Source of the DNA: Camelus dromedarius
Taxonomy: Eukaryota
Assembly: GCF_036321535.1 (NCBI RefSeq)
Contig: NC_087437.1
Span: forward strand, 25,298,001 to 25,362,000
Direction of reading: 5' to 3'
Length of the DNA: 64,000 nucleotides
Shown here: positions 12,821 to 23,765 of the stretch, piece after piece
How the letters are laid out: each line of letters begins with the position of its first letter
Numbering within the stretch: the stretch's first letter is position 1
Position numbers and translations under genes: made by a program
The notes under the pieces: model-generated
Database searches by the model: none
Told to the model about the DNA's origin: nothing
What the model saw: the letters and a program-made list of their open reading frames with translations, nothing else

Positions 12821-12925
12821 GGAGGGTGAGTATAGCTCACTGGTAGAGCACATGCCTGGCATGCATGAAGTCCTGGGTTCAACCTTTGGTAGCTCCATTT
12901 AAAAATAAAATAAAATAAAATAAAA
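12821..12925 (+). mobile_element. Camelid tRNA-derived SINE (Vic-1-like)
   Basis: Pol III A box (tagctcactggtagagc), B box (gggttcaacc), (A4T)n tail; imperfect 15-bp TSD aaaattaatgaccat (12806-12820) / aaaataaaagaccat (12917-12931). Confidence 0.85.
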
Positions 12926-13769
12926 GACCATAAGGATTTATTCCAAGTGTGTCAATCAAGAAAAATATTTGGACCAGAAAACAGAAGTTACTGCTTTCTC
13001 TCTCTCCTCCCCCTCCGTCTCTCCTTACTCTTCTCCAACACACATATGAAAACTAAACTAATTCAAGGAGTATTATTTAATACATGAGATTATTATTTGT
13101 ATAATTATTTTAAAATTAATTGATAAATTTTGTATTTTGTCAGTAGAACATATCTGTGACATTTCCTGTTTCAAAGAAAGCTGATTGAAATTGGATATAT
13201 AAGTTTTTTAACTTCAAATGTTATAAGATTACTTCGGATTTTACCTACACATAAGAAATAAAAATCAATATTACTGCTTACACTGACAGTGTAAAAATTA
13301 TTAGATGCTTAAAATTATAAAAAACTTTCAATGGAAGTGAAAAGTAAGAAGCAAACTTGTTATTCTAAAGAAATAGATACTTGCTACCTAAAGAAAATTA
13401 TTAATAAAGATATAGGTGCTTTGCCATAACACTGAAACATAATTTTACATACGCAGCCCATGAGCCTTCTGTGTGAATACTAAAAATGTACCATGTATAT
13501 CACAGTAATTGCACATCATTTAACTGCATTATTGATATGATGCATTTAAGTGGTGACCACTAACGGTCTCTGGTGAGATACTCTGAGACAGAAGAATATG
13601 CACACCACTTCCTAGTGAATGGTGATGTAAGGATTCAGATCATTCTGAAACTATTATTTCAGAGTACAGCAATACTGCTTTTTTAGGGCAAGGGGGAGTG
13701 TGAATCATAATGTTTTATCCTCCACTTAAGAGACAGGCATTCAGGCTGGTTCACATGATGTTACTTGAC

Positions 13770-14900
13770 TTTAAAAGGCCACATGACTTTGGGGTGGTGA
13801 GGGAAAGCTTCATGGAGAAGGCAGGATTAAGCCTAGCTTGAAGGCAGCAAAGAATTTGAATGGGAAAGGAAAATGAGTAGGAAGCCCTAGAAATAGAACA
13901 AAGTGATCAAAAGTAACTCTAGAGTAAGTTCCAGAATGAAACAAGGAGATCAAGTTAGCCAGAGCTGGAGAGTCATCTAAGAAAAGAGTGGGAGTCAGAA
14001 CTGGGAAGTTGGGTTAGGACCAAGTAGAGGAGGATTTTGAAGGAAAGGCTCAAGAAGTTCAATTTATCCTGGTTGCCCAGTAGGAACCTGAATGATACAG
14101 AATAGATTAAGTTATGCTGAGGCTTAAAATAAAAACCTTAGTGGTTTAAAACAAGAGAAAAAGTTTCTCTCTTATTCCTGCTACATGTTCACCTCGAGTC
14201 GGTGAGGAGTTTTCTCTGTGTTGTCCTCATCCAGGGATGCGGTGTTAACCGTCCGAAAGGTCTCACCATCTAAAACGTCACCATGGGAGCGGGACAGGAA
14301 AAAGCTACGTGTACACAGACTCAAGGGCTTCCACCCAGAAGTGACCAACATTTCATTGGCCAAAGTAAGTATCTAATTTCACAGAAGAATGGAAGGGCAG
14401 TCTTATCATGTGCCGAGCGGAGGGAACTGGAAACACTGGTGAAGAGCACCAGTGTCCAGTCTGGTGGCTTTGCTCGGGCACATTAAATTATATAACTAGA
14501 AATATGGGAAGAATATTCAGCTGTAGAGTGCAAAATAGATGGAAAGGACAGAGCTGGAGAGAGGGAAGCTATCATTGTGTAAATGTAGCAATAAAAGCCT
14601 GAACTGGGGAAAAGAAAGCACAACTGTGAGACACACTGTGAAGGAATAAATGGGAAAAACCTGATAACTGACAGGCATCAGGTAGGAAGGAAAGGAAAAT
14701 TTTGAAGATGATTAAGAGATTTCAAGCTTAGATAAATGATGCTTCTCTTAAAAGCAGAGGAAAGATCAAGGAGGAGGCATTCTGGGTGAAAAGATGAGCC
14801 TGACATATGAATACTCTCAGGTGGAAGGATATGGAGGAAGCGAGATGGCGCAGCTGGAGGATCTGCGGTGCGCGGTAGTTACACTGGAAGCGTCGGCTGA
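13770..14900 (-). mobile_element. LINE L2 fragment interrupted by a MaLR LTR
   Basis: ggtgagggaaagcttcatggagaagg...; resumes after ~14460 with purine-rich antisense L2 (gaagatgattaagagatttcaagctt). Confidence 0.65.
14097..14460 (-). mobile_element. MaLR solo LTR (MLT1K/L-like)
   Basis: ttaagttatgctg...cttagtggtttaaaacaag...cttccacccagaagtgac...catttcattggccaaag...ggtgaagagcac. Confidence 0.75.
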
Positions 14901-15744
14901 TGCATGGGACGTTCTGAAGAACGGGCGCCCCTTCAGAGCTGTCCTGAATCAGGGTGAGAGGGCTGGGCTTTTAAATCTCAGAGAGGTGTGACCACGGGTC
15001 AGGTGGCTATCTTGGCTGAGACAGTTTCTGAAGAGGGCTGGTGGTACCATCAGCAGCGGGGGTGGCAAGTCCTCCTTTCCTGAAGGGGCATCTGAGCAGC
15101 ACATCACAGCACCCTCACCATTACAGATGCCAAGATTTAGCATATGTGCAGATGGGGGCTGAGACTCGAGGAAAAAATGTTTAGAATACCCCCCCAAAAA
15201 TATAAATATTTTGTGAGGAAAACCATTTTCTTAGGGTTGGTATTCCCATAGGCTAACCTTTCGCTGATCTGAGCTGAACCTATGTATAATTCACAAGCCT
15301 GACGCTCCTCGGGGAAAAATCATGGACCGTGGACTCCACGTCAAGCAGCCCGAGAAGTATGTGGGGATTCGAGCTATCAAACCTTCTTGTTGTCTTAATA
15401 GCTCACTCAGGTTTCACCTCTGAGATGTTCATCAAGCCCCTATAGAACCTGAAGAATAACAGGCCGGTCATATTAAAATCTGAGGGAGATGGAGCCATTT
15501 CTTTGGTGACTTAATTACTCTCTGGCATTTAATATTAATTGAGAATTCAGGCAATGATGCATTGTATAAAGTGACGAAGCATCTTTTGTGGCTGTTCAAA
15601 CAGTAGGTGTACCCATCATTCCCAAAAGGTGGGGACCAAAAAATCAGAGGCAGAATTTGTTTAAAGATCGAAGGAGAAGGATCTGTGAGGTTAACTGCCA
15701 AGGTAAGGGACATACATCTAAACGAAAAAAAGAAAAAATACTGT

Positions 15745-16130
15745 TCTAAAAAATATCAAGCTGGTATTATTTATTCCCATTTCTGTACATATTTATGTGT
15801 ATGTATTAAGGCAGAAAAAAAATCAAAGATGAATCTCTACTGATATATAGGGTTATCCATGAGGTATTAAGTGAACAAAAGCAAGAGCAAGTTGAAAGGA
15901 AATGTTTATTATGCTACTATTCTGATAATAAAATAATCAACCAACCAAAACTACATTTTTTTTTTGCATTTATGTGCTTGTATTCATTTGTGTGAGCATG
16001 TAGAAAAGCAAAGCTTGTAACCTTATGAGAATGGGAGTGAAAAGAATGTGTGCTAATTGGCATCTTTATTACGTTTTTCTTGTGCATTGTTTCACCAGTT
16101 ACAATAAGAAGTACTCGTTTTTGAGTTGAA
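15745..16130 (+). mobile_element. L1ME-type 3' fragment
   Basis: ttaagtgaacaaaagcaag...gcaagttgaaaggaaatgtttattatgctac... Confidence 0.5.
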
Positions 16131-16279
16131 AAACATATGAAGAAATTCATACAAATGAAAAACGACATATAACAATGCATGGATCCTGTTCTTAAAGTAG
16201 GGATTTTAGAGCTGCTTATTAAAAGCAATTCTAGGAACTATTAAGAAGAGCCAAAACACCTTTCAAGGAGCTTGACATG

Positions 16280-16640
16280 CAAAAATAAGCATCTATGGTA
16301 CAGAAATAAATAGGGGTTCTTTTGTCTACAGCAAGCAGTGCAGTCTGGACCTAAGTAGCAAGCCCAGCGAATCAGCCTGTCCTGTCCAAATGGGGCCATT
16401 CGGAGTAGAGCAAATTTTTACCAAAAATGGAACAATGACCTGAGGAAGACAATTAAAGAATGATTTTATGAACTGCCAGGGTTAGTTTGGATGGAAGTGT
16501 CTGTTTTAGATTTTGCCTCATAAAGTATGTTGGTTCAGTAAGTGTTGCTCTATAGGAGGTACCTAAAGAGCTATAAAAGAGTGCAACGCTATTAGAGAAA
16601 TGTGAAGAAGGAGCTTTTCCAGATGGGGGAACCCTAACAT
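16280..16640 (+). mobile_element. CR1/L3-type LINE fossil (RT C-terminal region)
   Basis: Decayed, collinear resemblance to CR1 motifs YRNKEVILPLY..LVRPHL, KLE.VQRRATKMI, LGLFSL and RGDLI..YK. Confidence 0.4.
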
Positions 16641-17564
16641 AGGAGGAAAATTGTAATTGCCAGTGGAAAAATGAAAGATTCTGGATTAACTGATGATCTA
16701 CAATGGACTAATTTAAAAGATGTTAGAGGATCACTGTTAAAATGCCTTAAAGGACTCACAAGTGAATTCCATTTTGTAAGTGGAAAAACTGAACGTCAGA
16801 AAGATGTCTGGATTATGAATTACAGCAAAATCTTTTTAAAATATTAGAACAAATTAAAGTCAAATGAGCCACATACTTAAAACTCCACCAAATTTCTTCC
16901 AGTGTTTAGAAAAGTTAAACTTCATAATAATATTTCAAATGTCCCCCAATGTCAGTTGTCACAGTTCACAACTTGATTTAATGGCAAAGTTTTCTTTCAA
17001 AAGTAAATTGTACATAATCAAGTTTCACAGAGCTTTCTATATCAAAAATATCTACGAAGTTCAGTGCTGTCTTACTTATCTGGCTCCTATCTAGCCAGAC
17101 CTCCAGTTTGGATGGATTTAGTGTACAAGTAAACCTATTTTCTTAAAAATGAGGCCAATACATAAGAAGAAAATTCTATTAGAGAAGAGCACCTATAATC
17201 TTAGCTGAACGATCTAAAAAAATTACATCCACTTTACATGAAATGAAAACCACAGGACTTCATAAGTTCTTCCTTTGTGGAGGACAAGTTGGTGTATTTG
17301 AAAGCATGATCCATCTGTACAAGATATAAAAACAACTTGGAACAGGCATGCAAGCTAGCCAAGGCAAGGCGAGATCCTACTGTGCAAACCTGAATCCCGC
17401 GCAGACTGTTCCAAGATTATTGCACCTTGGTGTTACAGGGAATGAAGGCAACTAATTGTGCATAATCACTTTTCAAATGGCTGCCACATCAAAAATATCC
17501 ATTAAATTCAGCACTACATGATTTTTCTGGCTCCCATTCTATCCAAGTCTTCAGTTGATGTTGA

Positions 17565-17820
17565 TTCGTTTTTTGTGTAACCTACTGAGTCCTGCAATGT
17601 GCTAAGTACTTTGCCAAGCATGCTCACACACAGTATGTAATTCAGTCTCTAGCACAGACCTCCCACATGGGTTTCCTTCTCCCCATTTTATAGGTAAGTA
17701 AGCTGAGGGCAAGAACCATTAAGCATGTTGTCCAAGGTCATAACAACTAATTAATGTCTAGGCTGGGTTTACAGCCTCAGTAAGTCTGATTTAAAGCCTG
17801 GTGTATTTCTACTGTAGTAT
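17565..17820 (-). mobile_element. MIR SINE
   Basis: ctccccattttataggtaagtaagctgaggc...ttgtccaaggtcataaca...ggctgggtttacagcctcag. Confidence 0.75.
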
Positions 17821-17899
17821 GCTCTCCCCACGGAGGAGAGACGCTCCTCCCTCCCTCTTTTCCTTCTCATCTTCTCCCCAGGGAAGTGTCCCATGTTCA

Positions 17900-18965
17900 C
17901 AACCTCCTAAATATCCTTCTATATTTTCCGTGTTTATACAATCTTATGAAATACACACAAACATGAATATTCCTACCATTATATATAACATCTACAAATG
18001 TAGGAATGCATGTCCTTCTTTTACGAATAGTGGATCATGTCATTCATGCCTATCTTTTCTCACTCAACAATACATAGGGCAAAGCCCACTAAGTTAACCA
18101 GCACATGCTCTGATTCATTACAGCAGTTTCATGATATTTACCAATGCAGTAGTAAACATCCCTCTATGTGTATTCTTATTTACTATTTTATTTTTATAAA
18201 GGCATTTCACAAATTGAATTCCTAAGATAAAGTCTGCGTAGTATTAATTTTAATAGGGATTGCTGGACTGCTTTCCAAATAGGCTGTAACCCGCTTTCCA
18301 AGTAGGCTGTAACCATTCACATTACTACTTTCCCGGCAGCAATAGTTATTTTTAAGTTTTGCCAGGTTGATGGGAATAAAGTGATATATCACTGTTACCT
18401 TAATTTGCATATTCCGTGCTATTAGTGTATTTGGGCATTTTTCACAAGTGTTTTGCATGGATTTAGTCTTTGTTCATTTTCTATGGAATTGCTTCTTGCT
18501 CTATAAGGATTTTTTGTATATTTTAGATAGTAATCTATGTTCAATAAAGATATGTGTTTTTGGTTTGGTTTGGTTTTTCACCAAAGCCTATCATTTATCT
18601 ACTATTTTTGAGGGGTCTGGAAGAAATTTTAAATATAATTTAGTCAAATAAGTCTATCTTTCCTTTTTAAGGTTTTTGTGTCTTCTGCTTTGGTTAAAAA
18701 GTTTCCCCTGCTCTTATGTTGTCAGTGTTAACACCTGGATGATATTTTAAGATTATTGTTGCCTTATTTTTTTACATTTAGTTCTTTAATTTATATGAAA
18801 TTAAAAAAAAATTAGTATAGGATAGTGAACACATTTTTTTAAATGGATAGCAAGTTGCCAGCATTGTTTATTAAATAAACCATTATTTCTTGCTGAATTG
18901 AAATTTTAACTTTTGTTATACACTAAATTCACAAACACACTGGCATCTTTTTCTGGAATCTTGTC
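17900..18965 (-). mobile_element. L1ME-type fragment
   Basis: taaattgaattcctaag...ctgctttccaaataggctgtaacc...ttaatttgcatattcc...; T-rich antisense L1 ORF2 end/3' UTR. Confidence 0.65.
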
Positions 18966-20604
18966 ATTTCAGATCCCATATTATCTCAAAAGCACAAGTG
19001 GCACCAATTTTCTGGCAGACTTCGTCACTTACCAGACATAAAGTGATTGTGACATGGAATAAGAGCTATGAAAATACAAAACAGTGTGATAACTCCTGTC
19101 CCACAGGGACTTCCAGCTATTAGGGGGCAATAGGATGATATCATATGCATACATAAAGTGTTACTCAACAATACCAGGTGTGATCTCTGATGGCAAGACA
19201 AAAATGTGGGGCAAGCAGTTGGTGATACATGGTTTCAAATCAGAAGGAATGAACACAGTATAGAATGTAATGTGCAGAGTAAACTTGGAGCAAAGGGGAC
19301 AGACATAGCCCTTGAAATGAAATTAGATAACTAGCACCAGAATTCAGGAGCTCTGGATATTTGGACACTTATTTTGTGGATATAGGAAAAATAAGAAAAT
19401 ATTTTTATGATGATAACATCATAGCTAATAATATCAATTATCAATGAGAAATGCATAATTTTAAAATAACATTCAACAATGATGGCTTAACTATTTACAT
19501 TTTGGTCTATAAATATATTTATTTATATTTTTGAATTATGATGATATTGACTTAAAACTTCTATTTTTATAGCATTAAAAAAAAATCATCCAAAGCAGGT
19601 ATAGACATCACTTAGACTGATAAGATACAACCAGTTTGCATTCATCCATTTATGTAAAATTGTGCAGCACATAGGAATAGGAGAGGACAGAACTCAAGTT
19701 CGATTTTGGTTGTTCCTTTTCACTTGTGATGTGTGAAGACTGCTGCCGATTGGTAGTAGAGGTATTCCATCATCACGTCATTAATAGATCTCACTAGAAC
19801 AAGGTTTCATTACTGTGGATATTGGACAAGGCCCTGCCAGAGGCCTTCAATACCCTAAGGATAAGATGTGCTAAGTCCCCAAATTAGGTACACCCATCTT
19901 TGGCCAAAAAATTGAGGGTTTTTACTGGGTTTGAGGAGCCTTGATCAAGATATTTCCCTAGGGTGACAAACGCGTAATTGCACTTACCAGCTCTAGGCTG
20001 CCTTGATTAATGCAACCTTCTGTGATTTATCACCCAGACTATTTTAAAACAGGTGCTCTCCTCATTGTAATAGACTGGAAAGTTTCAGGAATGACAACCC
20101 AGGTTGGTTTGGTGGAATTTCCTGAGAACACATTACAAGCAAAAATAGCCCGTCATTTTGTAGAGACCTGAAATTAGTTGATGTCAGATTGGGATGTATT
20201 CCACCTAACCTCCTTAAAGCTTTAAAAGGAAGTTTCTGCTTTTTTCTCATGTTGCTGTCCTACCACCACACACCTGCCCTGACATTCAAAACATACTGCT
20301 TTGGATCCCAGATTTTTCTGTCTTTGGGGAATTTCTCAGATCCAGGAAAGCTGCCTTATGAATAAGAATCAAAATGCTTACTAGAGAGTCTTGAAGAAAA
20401 TCATACACACACACATTGGCTATCCTTCATGAAAAATTAGAAGTATGGAAAAATATACTGTGCATCTAAGCCAAATGTTGTGCAGATGGTATACACCCAA
20501 GCATACCAATTTTACCGGTTTAGCCTCACATAGAGTCTGGACCCAGCTGAAGTAACAAATTCTATTTTACTACTTTAAAGTTTTGTCAAGAATATTTCTA
20601 TAGG

Positions 20605-20770
20605 GCAATAGTACTGTGTGGTCGATGTCCCAGGTTGTAAACCTGGCTTTGCTACTTACTAGTTGGATGACCTTGGCTAAATTACTTAAGCCCGCTGTGC
20701 CTAAATGATCTATTCTATGAAATGGTGTTGACAACTATCTACTTAACAAGTTTATCTGAGAATTAAATTT
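20605..20770 (+). mobile_element. MIR SINE
   Basis: ccaggttgtaaacctggctttgctacttactagttggatgaccttggctaaattacttaa. Confidence 0.75.
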
Positions 20771-21157
20771 AAAAAGACACATGGAGGGTTTTTGCTCTTT
20801 AAGGGTTAAAATATATATATTAGAGCAATATATAACCTGTGGAGGGACTATGAATTGTATTAAATCTCAAGCACCTTTTATTTGTTTAAAGTCAAGTAAA
20901 CAGCAGCTTACTTTGGTTCTTCTCTATTCATTAAAGGAGGTCAGAGGGACAGTACTTATCAGTGCTATGGTATGGATTAACCCATACACTGACAAGTAAT
21001 AAAACCCTTATTTTCAAATAATTGGTCTGTTTAACCTAGGCTATCTGTTATCAGATATCCTTGTTTTTCACTAGGGAAGAGGTAAATTTAGAATAGGCTA
21101 GTCCTATACCACTCTGGGATCGCTACATTTTATCAGTGTCTCCTTGGAGAGAGTAGG

Positions 21158-21193
<36 letters not shown>

Positions 21194-21203
21194 AAGAGAG
21201 AAG
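21158..21203. repeat. (GA)n/(GACAGA)n microsatellite
   Basis: Directly visible. Confidence 0.9.
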
Positions 21204-21414
21204 GAGAATCCATGAACCTGAAGCAAATCTGAGACTTCTGGAAAGCCCTGTGAGCTAAGCAAAGATGAAACTATTTTCTGGTTGTGAAGGAAGAATATAA
21301 ACATTTGAGGGCTCAAGTTGCCCACAATTTCCAGGGATTGTATACAACCTACAGTTTAATTCTGTAGGCCAGTCATTCCTAAACCTGCAGCATATCAGAA
21401 TCTTTTCAAGAGCT

Positions 21415-22359
21415 CTGGACAAAGCTCTTCAATACAACAATACAACAAATACAAAAAAAAAAAAAAAGAAACAGTGAATATAACTAAAGAGAAGTGGACC
21501 TACAGATACAGAGAACAAACTAGTGGTTATCAGTGGGCGGAGGGAGGAGAGAAGGGTTACACAGGGGTAGAGGAGTAAGAGGTACAAACCCCACTATGTA
21601 AAAAATTAGCTACGAGTGACACAGGAGGGAAGGGGTCATGGCACGACCATTAAAAGAATGACACAGCAGTTGAGGATACGGCATAAACCGAGGAGAACTA
21701 ACTAGGTCCAAGATGGCAGAGGCTGTAACTTCCAGTAGACCTTGAGCTTCATTATATGCTCACTGTAATACATTAGCATGATGAATGGCACTCCCACAGG
21801 CACCATGACAGTTCCTAGGCTGGCCATAGAAGGCCAAACAGGGGTGGTGGCGCAATTCCTGGAAATTCCCACCCCTTCCCCAAAATAGTTGGAATAATCC
21901 TTCCACTTGTTAGCATATGAAATTATCGAGCCCATAAAAAACTAGTCACCCCCACAACTTGAGACAGCTCTCACTTTCCTAGATGACCCCATGCTCTGGG
22001 ACCACTCTCCCTTCTGAGACAGACCCCATTCTACCTATAGAATGTGTATCTCCCAGCGCCGCCTCTCTTGCCTTCTGAGACAGCCTGCACTCTGTCTATG
22101 GACTATGTATCTATCTGAATAAATTTACCTTCACTTTACTATGGCTCACTCTTGAATTCTTTCCTGCGCAAAGCCAAGGACCTTCACTTGGCGGGGCACC
22201 CCATTTTCCTGCAACACAATAATATATTGTACAATACAGAGAATATAGCCAGTATTTTATAGTAACTATAAATGGAGTATAAACCTTTAAAAAATTGTGA
22301 ATTACTATACTGTACATATACAATAATTTTTTGTATATCAACTATACATCAATTGAAGA
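21415..22359 (+). mobile_element. Cetartiodactyl-type L1 3' end, split by a MER41-like LTR
   Basis: cagatacagagaacaaactagtggttatcagtggg...gaggtacaaac...agcta [LTR] atatattgtacaatacagagaatatagccagtatttt...tatcaactatacatcaatt; candidate TSD aagagct at 21408-21414 and 22360-22366, within a MER5-like fragment. Confidence 0.8.
21617..22216 (+). mobile_element. ERV1 solo LTR, MER41-like
   Basis: TG...CA ends; blocks ccaagatggc, cattatatgct, cattagcatg, cactcccacaggcaccatgacagtt, gaataatcc, aataaa..ttcactttact..tgaattctttcctgcgc match recalled MER41 consensus; flanks cgag/caat each differ by one base from a caag 4-bp TSD. Confidence 0.85.
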
Positions 22360-22404
22360 AAGAGCTTCTTAGAAATACAGCTTCTAGAAACCCATTCAGT
22401 CCTT

Positions 22405-23325
22405 TTTTTTTTTTAATTCTAAAATCTTATAAGGATACAATGTTTTTAATCATCATGCCCACTTAAGCCCTCTCTGGTCTATAGCAATTTCTCAGTTTCT
22501 CTTTGCTTTTCATGACTTTGAGAATTTTGAAGAGTGCTGATCAGGTATTCTGTAGAATGTTCTCAATATAGACTGCAAACAGGCAGGACCCCATGAGGCC
22601 TTCCCAGGGCAGACCACCCCGCCCCACCCAATACCTTCTGCTTTAGCTCCTCTCTGAAGGACCTAGATAGGAATATTTGATGCACACTTCCTGAGTTGTT
22701 TTACATACGGGAAACTCCCTCACCAAATGGAAGATGCTAACTACTTGATGACCATGAGCACACAGTCCCCAGGCCTACTGGAGCCTAGGGACTGATAATG
22801 TTAACCCCTGTGACCCTACCCTGTTACCTCACCATCAACCAATCAGAGAATTGTGCACAAGACAATCACATACCCTGTGACCACCTCCCTCACCTGGCCT
22901 TTAAGAATGCTTTCCTGAAACCCATTGGGGAGTTTGGGCTTTTTCAGTACTAAGCTGTCTGCACTCCTTGTCTGGCACCTTCCAATAAACTCTGCACTTT
23001 CCTTCATCACAACCCTGTGTCAGTAGACTGGCTTTACTGTGCTCAGGCAAGTGGACCCAGTTTGGTTTGGTAACAAGACTTCTCTGACGTTTTCCTTATA
23101 TTTATACTGCGGTTATGGGTTTTGGAGAAGAAGACCATAGAAGTGAAGTGAAGCTCTCATCACATCATATTAGGGATACATGATAACCACATAACTTATC
23201 ACCGTTGATGTTAACCTTGATCACTTGGTTAAGGCAGCGTCTGCTAGGTCACTCCACTGTAAACTTGCTATTTTTTTCATTTCCATACTCTGTTCTTTAG
23301 AAATGAGTCATTAAATCCAGTAAGG
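22405..23325 (-). mobile_element. L1MC/L1MD-type 3' fragment, split by a solo LTR
   Basis: catgactttgagaattttgaagagtgctgatcaggtattctgtagaatg...gatgttaaccttgatcacttggttaaggc. Confidence 0.75.
22574..23075 (+). mobile_element. ERV1-class solo LTR (502 bp)
   Basis: Starts TGCAAACAGG and ends TTTGGTAACA; perfect 4-bp TSD AGAC (22570-22573 / 23076-23079); internal aaccaatcag and aataaa (22984). Confidence 0.9.
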
Positions 23326-23394
23326 GTTGGGTGGTTATGTCCTGGTGGTGGTGGAAGATTAAGCTCTACCCCCGGGATGGAGGAGTAGCAGTGA

Positions 23395-23765
23395 AGGTTT
23401 TTGATCAAAGCATTACTTCAAGAAAATTGAAGTGACAGGAAACACTGTTGGCTGAGAGATTTGTTCTAAAATTCAAAGCCCGAAGAGATGAGGACCTGAA
23501 CAAAGGTGGAGACATTTGGTGGAGCACACGTCTATAAAACAGTATTGTGGAAATGAAAGAAATTTGATTGGAAATGGGGCAAGAGTGAGAAAGGAAACCC
23601 TGAGATATATTGAGGTTTTGATCCTGAGTAGCTGGGGGAGGGGAGAAACAATAGAAAACAGAGAAGGTGGACACTTTTGGTTGGGACAAACTGGCTTTGA
23701 GGTTCCTGTGGGCGTTGAGATGGAGATGCTGAGCAAGCAGTTAGAAACGGAATCACAAAACAATT
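23395..23765 (-). mobile_element. LINE L2 fragment
   Basis: gaggacctgaacaaagg...gaggttttgatcctgagtagctggg...tttgaggttcctgtgggcg...gagatgctgagcaagcagttaga. Confidence 0.7.

Noticed and set aside
12821..12897. Apparent tRNA gene (A and B boxes)
   Set aside because: Acceptor and T stems are degraded, and it has an A-rich tail and a TSD, so it is a SINE rather than a tRNA.
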